Program-made: the position numbers and the translations under genes
Notes under the pieces: generated by a model
The model's input: the letters and a program-made list of their open reading frames with translations, nothing else
Databases searched by the model: none
Told to the model about the DNA's origin: nothing
Part shown: positions 39,607-53,324 of the stretch, piece after piece
Position numbering within the stretch: position 1 is the first letter of the stretch
Layout of the letters: each line of letters starts with the position of its first letter
Assembly: GCF_006345805.1 (NCBI RefSeq)
Contig: NC_043013.1
Coordinates: 51,460,001-51,524,000, forward strand
DNA: 64,000 bases
Reading direction: 5' to 3'
Origin: Octopus sinensis
Taxonomy: Eukaryota

Positions 39607-39649
<43 letters not shown>

Positions 39650-39743
39650 GCATCCGCAACCATAGGGCCACATATGCATATATACGCATAAATACATAAA
39701 TGCAAATGACTATATATGTGTGTACATATATATATATATTATA

Positions 39744-39795
<52 letters not shown>

Positions 39796-39919
39796 TTTAC
39801 AAGATAAGGGCAGAAGAAAAATTCTAATGCTAGATACGCCGAAACAAAAAATTGTCAATAACCATTAAATTTATGCGTCTCGAAACAAATCTCTAGAAAT
39901 CTCTAAAAAATTCGTTATT

Positions 39920-39976
39920 ACCGTATTGGTACAATTTCGGGGTTAATTCACAAGAAATTTTCCCCTCTTCAGCGGC
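39920..39976 (-). ncRNA. type I hammerhead ribozyme with a canonical core
   Basis: GCCG CTGAAGA GGGG AAAATTTCTTGTGAATTAA CCCC GAAA TTG TAC CAA TA CGGT: helices I, II and III all form; G10.1-C11.1 pair; AUA triplet. Confidence 0.88.
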
Positions 39977-40064
39977 ACATTTGGGGTACTTAAGTCTGCT
40001 CGGGACTTGGTGCTTGCTTCTTCCATGGGTATGAATAAGTATTTCATTTATATCGCACGTATGT

Positions 40065-40121
40065 GCCGCCGAAGAAGGGAAAATTTCTTGTGAATTAACC
40101 CCGAAATTGGACCAATACGGT
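40065..40121 (+). ncRNA. mirror HHR copy with U4C and G10.1A substitutions
   Basis: GCCG CCGAAGA AGGG ... CCCC GAAA TTG GAC CAA TA CGGT. Confidence 0.65.
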
Positions 40122-40809
40122 AATAACGAATTTTTTAGAGATTTCTATCGGTTTGTTTCGAGACGCATAAATTTAATGGTTATTGACAATTTTTTGTTTC
40201 GGCGTATCTGGCATTAGAATTTTTCTTCTGCCCTTATCTTGTAAATTATGTATAAATTTTACCTTTAAAGGCATATTTTGATATGCTGGCCATTGATAAA
40301 ATTTTTTTCCCGAAAAAATTTTTATCCTATATCAATTATATACATACATATATATATATATATATATAAGCATAATTATGATTAGGGTTCAGCAAAATTG
40401 CTTCATCACAGACCGAAATTTAGAAATAGCAGTTAAATTCTATTCCACTACGATAAAAAAATTGCTTCTTTTAACATACCGAACTACTAGGTAAAATTAT
40501 TAATTATTAATTGATTAATTAATTTTACAGTCTTCGTCTTTTGTTTTTTTTTCGAAAACTCTCCCTATGCATATATATGTGTGTGTATGTATTTGTTCCT
40601 TGTATATATGTGTATATGTGTCTGTGTATGTATTTACAATCAGCTTTAGAGGTGTATGTCTGCATGCCAGTATGTTGGCATATACTTACACCCATGCCAA
40701 TACACACGTGTGCACTAACACACACACACACACACATACATTTACACACAAGCACTTCTATATACTTACAAATTTATATATTTATTTATCTATGCATATA
40801 TATATACAT

Positions 40810-40888
<79 letters not shown>

Positions 40889-40897
40889 GTGTGTATG

Positions 40898-40932
<35 letters not shown>

Positions 40933-41749
40933 ATATATATATATATCTTAGCGAGAAACATTTGCACATTCACACAGCACACCAACCTGCACATACTCAT
41001 GAATACACATGCCCAAATGCGCACACATATGTTTTAAGACATTTGTATGAGTATCTTAATACGTACATATGTAAATACTTGCAAACATATACGGGCAGTG
41101 ATACAGGTCACGGGTTTTCAAGAAACTATAAACTATTTTGAAAACAAGTGATTCTATCCCTTAAAGCAAATATAAGCAGCCGCGCCCATCGACTTATTGA
41201 GATAATCTTACATAAATCTGCAATGGCTACCTAAATAAATGTTTGTTCAGAAACGCAAGATATGTGTAAAAAATTGAAACTTGAAATGTTTGCTGCGAAA
41301 AAAAAAGGGAAAGAAAAAAAAAGAAAAAATGGAAAAAATACTGACGAAGTAACTCATTTGAAGATTAATTAGTTTTCTAGTTAAATAAGAAGATCGTTTC
41401 GGTGTTGTGTGTGTGTTTGTGTTGTGTGTTTATGTGGTTTTGTATGGTGTGTATGTGTCTGGGTTTCTGTGCGTTGTGGTAGTTGGTGCATGTTGTTAAA
41501 AGTGAGTGTTAAAAGTTGATGCAGTTTGGCATTAACTGCTACTTGATGGAACTCTTCCAGATGAAGGATTGCAGTGATGTGGCGGGTTATGGCGTTTAAA
41601 GAATATGCTACAAGCTTTAGAAAGAAGATATTTAGAGTAATTTAGAAATAATTAAACGGAATAGAGAATATCGTTTAATGGTTAATGGAATTATTAATTA
41701 TATATTGTCTGGATAGCACTCTAGTAAACTCTGGACAAAAAAACTTATC

Positions 41750-41751
41750 TC

Positions 41752-41846
<95 letters not shown>

Positions 41847-41855
41847 GTCTATCTG

Positions 41856-41914
<59 letters not shown>

Positions 41915-41935
41915 GTCTGTCTATCTATCTATCTG

Positions 41936-41966
<31 letters not shown>

Positions 41967-42039
41967 CTCTATCTATCTATCTATCTATCTATCTTTTTTT
42001 CTTTCCTTCTTTCTTTCTTTCTTTCTTTCTATCTTTCTT

Positions 42040-42088
<49 letters not shown>

Positions 42089-42110
42089 ATATCTATCTAT
42101 CTATCTCTTA
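41750..42110. repeat. (ATCT)n/(CTTT)n microsatellite
   Basis: Read directly from the sequence. Confidence 0.96.
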
Positions 42111-42193
42111 GTCATCACTCTCTCCATTACTCTCTCTGTCTCTGCCGCTCACTCTCTGTCTACATACATACATCCATACAGACTATATATATA

Positions 42194-42249
<56 letters not shown>

Positions 42250-42341
42250 AACTGATGATAAGAAATCCTTCCAAAGGATTGGTACGTCATTTGGATACCA
42301 TATAAATATTGGTATAATTCAATTATATAGATAAATTAAAT

Positions 42342-42675
42342 ATAGATATATTCAATTGACAATAATTTATATATATTACAATATTACGTTAAAAACTATG
42401 AATATAATATGTAATATAATATTATATTTTATGACATAAATAATTATTAAAACCATAAAAGGCCAACCAATTGTTTCGAATTATATATATTTTTTATGAT
42501 ATACATAATCACAGTTCCCTTTTACATATAAGTCGAAACAATTTCTGGGCCTTTTATGGTTTTTAAAATTATTTATGTTATATAATATTATGTTATGCTA
42601 TATATTATATTCATAGAATGTAATGCAATATTGTAAAATAAATAAATTATTGAATTGTCAATTGAAAATCTCTAT
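42342..42675. repeat. degenerate AT-rich inverted repeat centred near 42505
   Basis: aaaaccataaaaggcc..caattgtttcga pairs with tcgaaacaatt..ggccttttatggtttt; outer ttcaattgacaat pairs with attgtcaattgaa. Confidence 0.8.
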
Positions 42676-42704
42676 ATTTAATTAACCTTTATATATATAT
42701 TATT

Positions 42705-42974
42705 TATTTATGCGCCCTTTTCAAGCCTAGCCAGGCTCATGGGCCCAGTTTCCCGGTTTCTGTGGAGTATGGGTTCCACCCCAGCTGGAGAAAGAGTGAG
42801 AGAAAGTTGGGGCAAAAGAGTACAACAGGGGTCGCCACCACGCCCTGCCGGAGGTTCGTGGAGCTTTAGGTGTTTTCGCTCAATAAATATACACAACGCC
42901 CAGTTTGGTAATGGAAACCGCGATCCTCCGACCGCGAGTCCGCTGCCCTAACTACTGGGTCATTGCGCCTCCAC
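42705..42974 (-). mobile_element. family D SINE with tail type 2
   Basis: Head and body match 12721-12895; the tail is gggaaactgggcccatgagcctggctaggcttgaaaagggcgca. Confidence 0.85.
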
Positions 42975-43006
42975 TTATATATATATATATATGTGAAGGC
43001 GGCGAG

Positions 43007-43225
43007 CTGGCAGAATCGTTAGCATGCCGGGCGAAATGCTTAGCAGTTATTCATCTGTCGCTACATTCTGAGTTCGAATTTCGCCGAGATCGACTTTGCC
43101 TTTCATCCTTTCGGAGTCGATTAAATAAGTACCAGTTACGCACTGGGGTCGATATAATCGACTTAATCCGTTTGTCTGTCGTTGTTTGTCCTCTCTGTGT
43201 TTAACCACTTGTGGGAAGTAAAGAA
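43007..43225 (+). mobile_element. family A SINE
   Basis: aaggcggcgagctggcagaatcgttagc...ttgtgggaagtaaagaaat. Confidence 0.88.
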
Positions 43226-43228
43226 ATT

Positions 43229-43275
<47 letters not shown>

Positions 43276-43344
43276 TTCTATGTATGTATCTATGTTTGTA
43301 TATATGTATGCATGTATGTATATGTGTCTGTCTATCTCTTTATT

Positions 43345-43399
<55 letters not shown>

Positions 43400-44271
43400 T
43401 TCTATGTATGTATCTATGTTTGTATATATGTATGCATGTATGTATATGTGTCTGTCTATCTCTTTATTTATATATCTATGCTTTTATCCAGTCCATCTTT
43501 CGATTGATCTTTCTAATTTTCTTGAAGGTTAATTAGCTCTCAAGTGAAATGATATCTCTCTTTCTCTGTCAGTCTCGCTTTTTATCGATCGAACTATCTA
43601 CTTGTATATCTATGCATATATTGTAAATATACGGGTGAGTGAGTTCACATGTCTGTATGGATTGAGTGCATTGAGGACTGACGATCGCTGGGTCACGAGC
43701 TCAGCTGAGGTTATCGAGCAGTAGGTTATTTGCTTGGGCACAATATATCGTTTAAGGATTTCGCTTACCAAATATTCCAAGACATCTTCGGCAAGTGAGA
43801 GTTACCATAATCTCTTGTGCAACCAAATCTCCTGACGGAAACTGGGTCGACAGTACCGGAAATGAAACCCAAGGGATTGAATGTACCAGTAATTAATTGG
43901 TCCAGATACAGTTTGTACGAAATGTTTGAATATGCGAATTATACTACGGACATATGAGGCTGGGGAGTACTCGGCCACTTCACAAGCGAAAATTCAATGA
44001 GTAAGTATTTAAGTTCATTTCTGCAAAGGGCTCGCACGCTTGTCCACGACATTTTACACCTGTTTATATACGCTATATACTAAATATGAATATCTGTGTA
44101 TATGCGTATGTGTGTATCTGTATGTATGTTTTTATATGTAGGGAGATATACATAGATACATGCAGAAATATTCATGTTTAAGTACAAACAAAGAACACAC
44201 ATATACATGAACAATAAGTTTATAGTGATAACTTGCCAACATATTCATTGCACATTAGCATTCTATACGCG

Positions 44272-44312
<41 letters not shown>

Positions 44313-44331
44313 TTGTGTGTGTGTGTACTTG

Positions 44332-44393
<62 letters not shown>

Positions 44394-45161
44394 TGTGTGT
44401 GTGTACTTGTATATATATATATATATACATGTACATATATGTATGTATCTGTATATATATACATATATATGTATATATATATATATATATCTGCAATTCT
44501 GAGCTATTTTTCATTATTTTTTCTAAAAATACTCTAGTAAACACGGTTATAGAACGAGCATACAGATGTAAGCATTGGCAGAAACATACTTTTAGTGCAT
44601 ATAAGTTGTCTTTATCATTATATATAATTTGAACTTTAATTTCCTTTATATTTAACATTCACTATTAATATCCCTACTCTTTCTGTTAGCTACTTATGAC
44701 GTTATATCATATAACGTTTTTTTAAACATATTAATAGCGTTTGTCTATCGCTATACGAATCCATCATTTTTTGCTAAAATGTCGTATTGACAAGTTTCGT
44801 TTTTCACTTTCCCGAAGAGAAGATTGCATTGTTTATACCTTTTATTCTTTTGAATAAGTATCAGTGGAATTTTTGAATGGAAACATATGTAGAAAGAAAA
44901 AATACTTGTTAAACCTGCGTGACTCCATTTTTATTCCTATATATATATATTATATATATAATATATATATATATAAACAGTGAACAGGTCGCGGATTTTA
45001 GCGACGAAAATATTTTGACAAATTAAACTTAAATGTTGAAGTGAATCGAACGGCTTTTGTGTGTTTCTTAAATGGCTTATAAACACCTTCCACGCTGCAA
45101 TTGTTTTCGTTTCAGCCACACGATCTCAGATCAAATTACTTGCTATGCGAGTACATCTCCG

Positions 45162-45212
<51 letters not shown>

Positions 45213-45587
45213 ATATGTATACAAATACATATATATATATATACGCACGCACACACACACACCCGCACGTACATATATAGTCGTATATAATGCTGATGTG
45301 CAATGAATCGTTGGGCACGTTATCACTATAAGTTTATTGTTTATGTATGTTATGTGTGCGAGGGTGTATGCGCGTGTGTGTTTGTGTGTACTTAAATATG
45401 AATATATATCCATATATCTAGATGTTTATCTCCCTACGGCATTTCGTCTGTCTTTATGTTCTGAGTTCCACTGTGCCATTCATCCTCTTGGGGGTCGATG
45501 AGTTAAGTACCAGTTGCGTACTGGGATCGATCCTCCCTAAAATGTCGGGCCTTGTGCCTAGAGTAGAAAAGAAAATATATATGAGTG

Positions 45588-45624
<37 letters not shown>

Positions 45625-45654
45625 GTATGCTTCCATTTGTGTATAACGTTTAAG

Positions 45655-46275
45655 TTTTAACGTTCTAGCACCCTTCTGCTATTTAAAACAGGATTTAGAA
45701 GTAAAGTGTTTAGCGTGCGCTCATCGCATTGACCATGACAGAGAAAGGTGAGCAGAGAATCTGCATGAAATTTTGCCAAAAGCTTGGCGATACCTGCTCA
45801 GGGGCCTACGCAAAGTTTTCAATGAGTTTTCATTGTTCTCCACACAACCAAGGAGATCTTGTGCAACCGAAACCCGAGTATCTTCTTGGTCAGCTGAAAT
45901 CAGTTTCGGCGCAAAGTTGGCAGACACACGCCTCCTATCGAAGTATTCAGTGATAATAGCCCGAACTGGACCGCAGCTAATCTGCACATCCTCTGATATC
46001 TCAAGGAAAGTGATTCGATGATTTCTCCTCACAGATTCACCTACATTTGCCATGCTTTTCTCAGTTCTGCTTGTTGCTGGTCTCCCAGAGCGTTCGTCAA
46101 TGTCGTCATTTTTTCAGCCATTTTGGAAGCATCTAAGCATCTCATACACTTGTGTGCGGTTTATACACTCCTCTCCATACACTTTCTGCAACTTTGCGTA
46201 GGCCTCCTCTGCGTAGACTTTACTCTGGATGCTTTAGCATCGTTCTATGGCAACAGTCCGAATACTTATTAATCA
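45655..46275. mobile_element. mariner-type transposon relic with an internal inversion
   Basis: Plus strand MTMTEKGEQRICMKFCQKLGDTCSGAYAK continues on the minus strand as AYAKLQKVYGEEC...RSGRPATSRT...RRVSANFAPKLISADQ (HTH plus WVPR-like linker). Confidence 0.85.
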
Positions 46276-46440
46276 AGCACACTTAGCGGTTCGGCAAAAG
46301 AGACCGATAGAATAAGTACTAGGCTTACAAAGAATTGAGTCCTGCGGTCGATTTGCTCGATTAAAGGCGGTGCTCCAGCATGGCCACAGTCAAATAACTG
46401 AAACAAGTAAAAGAGTAAAAGAGAGAGATATATACAATAT

Positions 46441-46933
46441 ACAAATATTCCCTCGACTATCGCGGGTATTACGTTCCAAAATACACCGCGATAGCTGAGA
46501 ATTCACGAAGGAGAAACAGTACTGCATGATTTTTTTTTATTATTTGTATAATTTGTATATAATTGGTTGTATACTGTCAATCTAACATGAACGTGACAGT
46601 AGTGGGGTACACCACCGCTGTATAGCCCTAGGAAGCATCGAACGCCTCCTGATGGCTTTGACGAATTTTTCCCATCAGGAGGCGTTCGATGCTTCCTAGG
46701 CTATACAGCGGTGGTGTACCCCCCTACTGCCACGTTCGTGTTAGATTGACAGTATACAACCATTCTATCGCCCCACCACCGTACATGTCTCTACGAGAGA
46801 TTTAGAAATTCAGTATTTCTTATTGTATATAATTATTTTATTATAAATGCAAAACAACACCACGGAGGAATCGACGTAAACTTAAATATTAAACCGCGAT
46901 AGGTGAAACGCGATATGGCGAGGGATTACTCTG
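46441..46933. mobile_element. Tigger/pogo-like MITE containing a long internal hairpin (46565-46761)
   Basis: Degenerate TIRs acaaatattccctcgactatcgcgg and ccgcgatatggcgagggattactctg; sub-terminal ccgcgata motifs at both ends. Confidence 0.65.
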
Positions 46934-47041
46934 TGTGTGCGGGCGCGCATTGCATGTGTATGCATATGTGTATATATATATGTGTGTGTGTGTGGTGTAT
47001 GTGTGTAAGTATGCATGTATTTGTAATATATAATATATATA

Positions 47042-47091
<50 letters not shown>

Positions 47092-47725
47092 GTTTTGTAG
47101 ATCATTTGATTCAATAGATAGATATCGGTATATACTTATATCTGTGTATGTATAGTTTATATTGTATAACCATACATATATACATACATACATACATACA
47201 TACAGGTGCACGCACAAACACACAAACGCACACACACACAAGCACACACACACAAGCACACACAAACACACACACATACACACATGTATATTCACTGGGG
47301 AATGACAAAAAAAAAACCCAGTTCCTGAGGTGTATCTTATATCTGTTGCACGCACAAATAAAAAAAAAAACAAAGAAAAAATATCATCTGCAAGTAGACA
47401 TGATTTAATTTTAGAAACTAATCGCCAAACTCACGTGTAGATTATTGATCTTGGTGCGTTTCACTGGCAAAAAAAGAAAGATAGGCAGAAAACAAAAAGC
47501 TGCAAAAATATTCGATGAGAAAATTCAATAGTTTGCATCTGAAATACGTGAAAGATAGAGATGATACAAAATTCATAATGTCAATATTGTGGTTAGTTAC
47601 CATTTCTTTTTTCTGGGTACCGAAATGTTTGGAACGTAAGGATGATTTGGTTAAAATAATATGAAAGAAGATAACTCCATCTTTTATCTTTCTTACACAC
47701 ACACACATGTATATATATATGTATG

Positions 47726-47780
<55 letters not shown>

Positions 47781-47784
47781 CTGA

Positions 47785-47903
47785 CAAAGGGTGAAATTAA
47801 TTAATTAAGAAGTAATCAGTAATTTCACCAAGTAGAATTCGGCATGTAAAAGACCAATTCAAGGTGTGTTGAGGCAAATCGTTGCTGACCCTAATTACTA
47901 GTT

Positions 47904-47979
<76 letters not shown>

Positions 47980-48640
47980 ATGAGATAGGGGTTGAAATTC
48001 AACCCACCATGGGATAACATATATCCAATATTATTTTTCATGTATAGTCTGATTTTAATTTAAATGTGAGTGTGCATATATTTTCCTGTGTGTTAGTTTT
48101 TAGAACTATTAGCCCCATATGTAGAATAACTGTGCTTATTAATATATATTGATATATATTTTGTTTTATTTTGTTTTTGTTTTATTTTGTATTATTGTAT
48201 TAATGAGTTATATATATATATATATGTGTAGTATTATGGGTGTCTTTGCACACGTTTTTATATTTTATATTTTTATATTTATATATATATAAAAAAAAAT
48301 TTTTCACACTTATAATAAATTAAATTCTCTGAAGAGGCCGTGGGCATCCTTGTTAATGTCTCATTTATACCTGCCTTATATGGCTTATAGGTTAAATGAG
48401 GCATGCTTGCCCTTACTGCCGAAACAGCTGTCAGATATGATATAATTACATATTATTTTATATTTTATATTTCTATTTCTTGTCTAATTATATTTATAAT
48501 ATATTTTGTATAATGCCTTTACTGTTATGTAATGGTGTAATAAAGTATTGATTGGGTATCATCTGATGGTTGATGTTTGATTGATTTAAGTATGTTTCTC
48601 CATTTTCTAATTTTGTTATATATATTATATATATATAATA
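47785..48640 (+). mobile_element. cluster of (TA)n-embedded PLE-like fragments
   Basis: Contains the HHR at 48326. The accaagtag..ttcggcatg segment is shared with 29897-29930. Confidence 0.55.
48326..48435 (+). ncRNA. type I hammerhead ribozyme with an extended helix II
   Basis: TCT CTGAAGA GGC [GGGCA..ATGTCTCATTTA..CCT..AGG..TAAATGAGGCAT..TGCCC] GCC GAAA CAGCTG TC AGA: canonical core, palindromic helix III ACAGCTGT, GUC triplet. Confidence 0.88.
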
Positions 48641-48734
48641 TATATATATAATATATATATATATACCGGAGTAAACACATAAATGTGAACAAGGTAGAAA
48701 AAGAGTACTCAAATGCCTGTGGGAAGAGTTAATG

Positions 48735-48897
48735 CTTTATTTAAGCAGCAGAAAATTCAATAAAACCTGTTACTCTGAGTTTCCCGTTGCCGTTCATCGG
48801 ACAGTTTTTGCAGTTTTCTAGCAAAAACTGTCCGATGAACGGCAACGGGAAACTCAGAGTAACAGGTTTTGTTGAATTTTCTGCTGCTTTAAATAAA

Positions 48898-48899
<2 letters not shown>
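48735..48899. repeat. hairpin (~77-bp arms, ~9-nt loop) carrying two head-to-head HHR variants (48767-48804 minus, 48828-48865 plus)
   Basis: CTGT CCGATGA A CG GCAA CG G GAAA CTCAGAG TA ACAG occurs in both arms: U4C core, GNRA-capped helix II, helix III ACTC-A-GAGT. Confidence 0.85.
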
Positions 48900-48929
<30 letters not shown>

Positions 48930-49156
48930 CTGTATATGTAATATGTGACAATTATCCGGTGCCTGGATAAGTGAGGAGATGGCGGCGTTGATTTCCACCA
49001 CGACATCCGAAACTCGGAGTTTAATCATGGCTACCGAATAATTGTCACATATTACATTTATAGATAAATTCCTGTATTTACATAATATCGAGGTCTCTTT
49101 CATTCTTTTGTTGTCTTACCATTTCTACCAATATATATATATATATATGTGTGTGT

Positions 49157-49231
<75 letters not shown>

Positions 49232-49649
49232 ATATGTATGTATGTATGTATGTATACAGGGTGTTTCAAAATTTCAGATGACAAAACGTGTTCTGCACGG
49301 AATTCCAATAAGCACACCTTGTCACACTCTGTCTCACGCCGAATATCCGTGAGAACTGCGTAAAGGTTATGTGTGTCTGTGGATTGCTCAGCTAATTGCT
49401 CGTTAATTTCACGAGCAGATTCACGATCGGATCCACTGAGACACTCGTCATCTCAACTGACGGAGAACCATTTACTTCTGGCTTAAAAAAAAAAAACAAT
49501 GTTATTAGGGGCAACTAGGATACTTAGGAGGGTTCTTGGCCTCTAAGGTTACTTAACCAATAAACGTAGCCGAATAAATATAAGTTATTTATTTTTCTAA
49601 CAGTATAAGTTGTGCGTGTATGAAATAACAATAATAATAATCTTTTCGA

Positions 49650-49938
49650 CTCTAGGAACAAGGCCCAAAATTTGGGGGGCGGGGACCAGTCGATTAGATC
49701 GACCCCAGTACGGAACTGGTACTTAATTTATCGACCACCGAAGGACTAAACATAGAGGGGACAAACAAGGGATTAAGTCGATTACGTCGACCCCAGTGCG
49801 TAACTGGTACTTATTTAATCGACCTCGAAAGGATGAAAGGCAAAGTCGTCCTCGGTGGAATTTGATCTCAGAACGTAACGGCAGACGAAATAGCGCTAAG
49901 CATTTCGCCCGGTGTGCTAGCGTTCCTGCAAGCTCGCC
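49650..49938 (-). mobile_element. family A SINE composite
   Basis: Reverse complement of the family A head and body. Confidence 0.8.
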
Positions 49939-49995
49939 GTATGTATATGTATATGTATATGTATATGTTTATGTGTGTATATATATATATATATG

Positions 49996-50038
<43 letters not shown>

Positions 50039-50043
50039 CACAC

Positions 50044-50094
<51 letters not shown>

Positions 50095-51126
50095 CATACG
50101 TATGAATATGTATGAACATATAAACTTATGCATATAATCTTACTATCTATTTATGTATCTAATCTATATATACATATATTGTATAAGTGTATGTACATAT
50201 GTGTGTGCGTGTGAACACGCACATTCACACACACACACACAAACACACCCAACACACGCACATTCACTGACACACACATGCACATAAACACACCCAAAAC
50301 CCATATAGCCAAAACTGATCTATTTTGTCTTTGTTCCAGTAATTCCCGTGTTGTTTGAAATAATAAATCTATTTATAATTGTTTCTTTTTTTTTACGTTT
50401 CTTTTGAGTTTCAATATTTACAACAATTTGTTTGATATGTTAATCAATATAATTACGTGTTAATTTTCTAGGAAATATTGAGCAATAAAATTTCGGATTT
50501 TCAAATGAATTGAAAGAAATTTGAGTTATTTTATTTAATTAATTATATATATTCCATTCTAATTAGAGCTATTCTAATCTTTCTAAATTAATTAATACTG
50601 ATCTGACTTGTGGAAAATAGACTTCTAAGACGAAAATATAGTTTTATGCCATTCCTGATATTTCTTTGTCTTTCAATGGCTGATGCAATCTTGAAGCACC
50701 GCAGAGAGCCGCATTATAAGAACTGCGATTTACGAATTCTTCACTACAACCTGTTTTGTTGTATTGAAAGTGTTATTTACCGAGCTGATATAAAATATGG
50801 CGAATTCAAGTAGCCTAGTGGTTAGAGTGCTGTTTTGATTCCAGGACTTTATTCCAATGATAGTCTAGTCCAGTCAGCTGGAAACTTGGACAAACCTGCG
50901 ACGGACAGGCGTTTAGTTCAATAGGGAGTATTATTATGATCCCGGGCGTTTAAAAGATATGGAAGTAGGTTAATCGACGCTCTGAGTCCTTCAATTCAAG
51001 ACAGCACACTCTTATCAATATGGAATATTCTTCTTCATGTAATCCTTTTCTAATACAAATAGACTCCGGTTATTAATCCGTTCAGCCATTTTCTCGTACT
51101 ACACACACACACAAGCACACACATAT

Positions 51127-51357
51127 ATTTCTTTACTACCCACAAGGGGCTACACCCAGAGGAGAAAAACAAGTACAGACAAACGGGTTAAGTCGATAAT
51201 ATCGACCCCAATATGTGACTGGTACTTATTTAATCGACACCGAAAAGTTGAAAGGCAAAGTCGACCTCAGCGGAATTTGAACTCAGAACCTAGCGGCAGA
51301 CGAAATATCGCTAAGCAATTCACCCGGCGTGCTAACGTTTCTGCCAGCTCGCCGCCT
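51127..51357 (-). mobile_element. family A SINE
   Basis: Ends ...ctgccagctcgccgcctt. Confidence 0.85.
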
Positions 51358-51635
51358 TCAAGAAATCATTGGAATATTATCAAACCTCCCTATCTTAAAC
51401 GGCTGTGCCGCTGTCATCGCTTTTGCCGTTCATTAAGGGATCTCTTGTTGTGCATCATTTTAGTAGTTTTGGTTAATGATTGAAGATATAGGCTGCGTGG
51501 TAAGATGCTTGCTTCTCAAGCACATGCTTCCGGGTTCAGTCTTGCTGTGTGACATCTTAGAGAAGTGTCTTCTACCGTCTCCTCGGGCCGGCAAAGCCAC
51601 ATGAGTGATAGACGCTACCTGAAAGGAGCACGTCG

Positions 51636-51693
<58 letters not shown>

Positions 51694-51726
51694 TATATAA
51701 ATATATATTATATAATTATATATAGA

Positions 51727-51813
<87 letters not shown>

Positions 51814-51834
51814 AATATATATATTATTATATAT

Positions 51835-52917
<1,083 letters not shown>

Positions 52918-53051
52918 ATATAGATATAATTAATTTGTTCAAAAGAAAAAAATTATTTTCGAATTCTTTTCTTTTATGAGGTTTTCACGCTAGCTAACCC
53001 GATAATTTCTTGTTAAGATCCCTTATTAAGAGATTATCCTTAATTGTTAAA

Positions 53052-53140
<89 letters not shown>

Positions 53141-53190
53141 CATATATATTATATATATATTATAATATATATATACATATATATATATAT

Positions 53191-53246
<56 letters not shown>

Positions 53247-53287
53247 GACAATAATAATAATTATCATTATCAATAATAAAATAATAA

Positions 53288-53324
<37 letters not shown>

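Larger units (their letters stand above)
39795..40246. repeat. inverted repeat, ~186-bp arms and 80-bp spacer, carrying two head-to-head HHRs
   Basis: atttacaagataagggcag...cggcacat (39795-39980) is the reverse complement of atgtgccg...cccttatcttgtaaat (40061-40246). Confidence 0.95.

Noticed and set aside
43828-43870. CTGACGG..ACTG/CAGT..GAAA
   Set aside because: A9 is absent, helix II does not abut GAAA, and there is no helix III or cleavage triplet.
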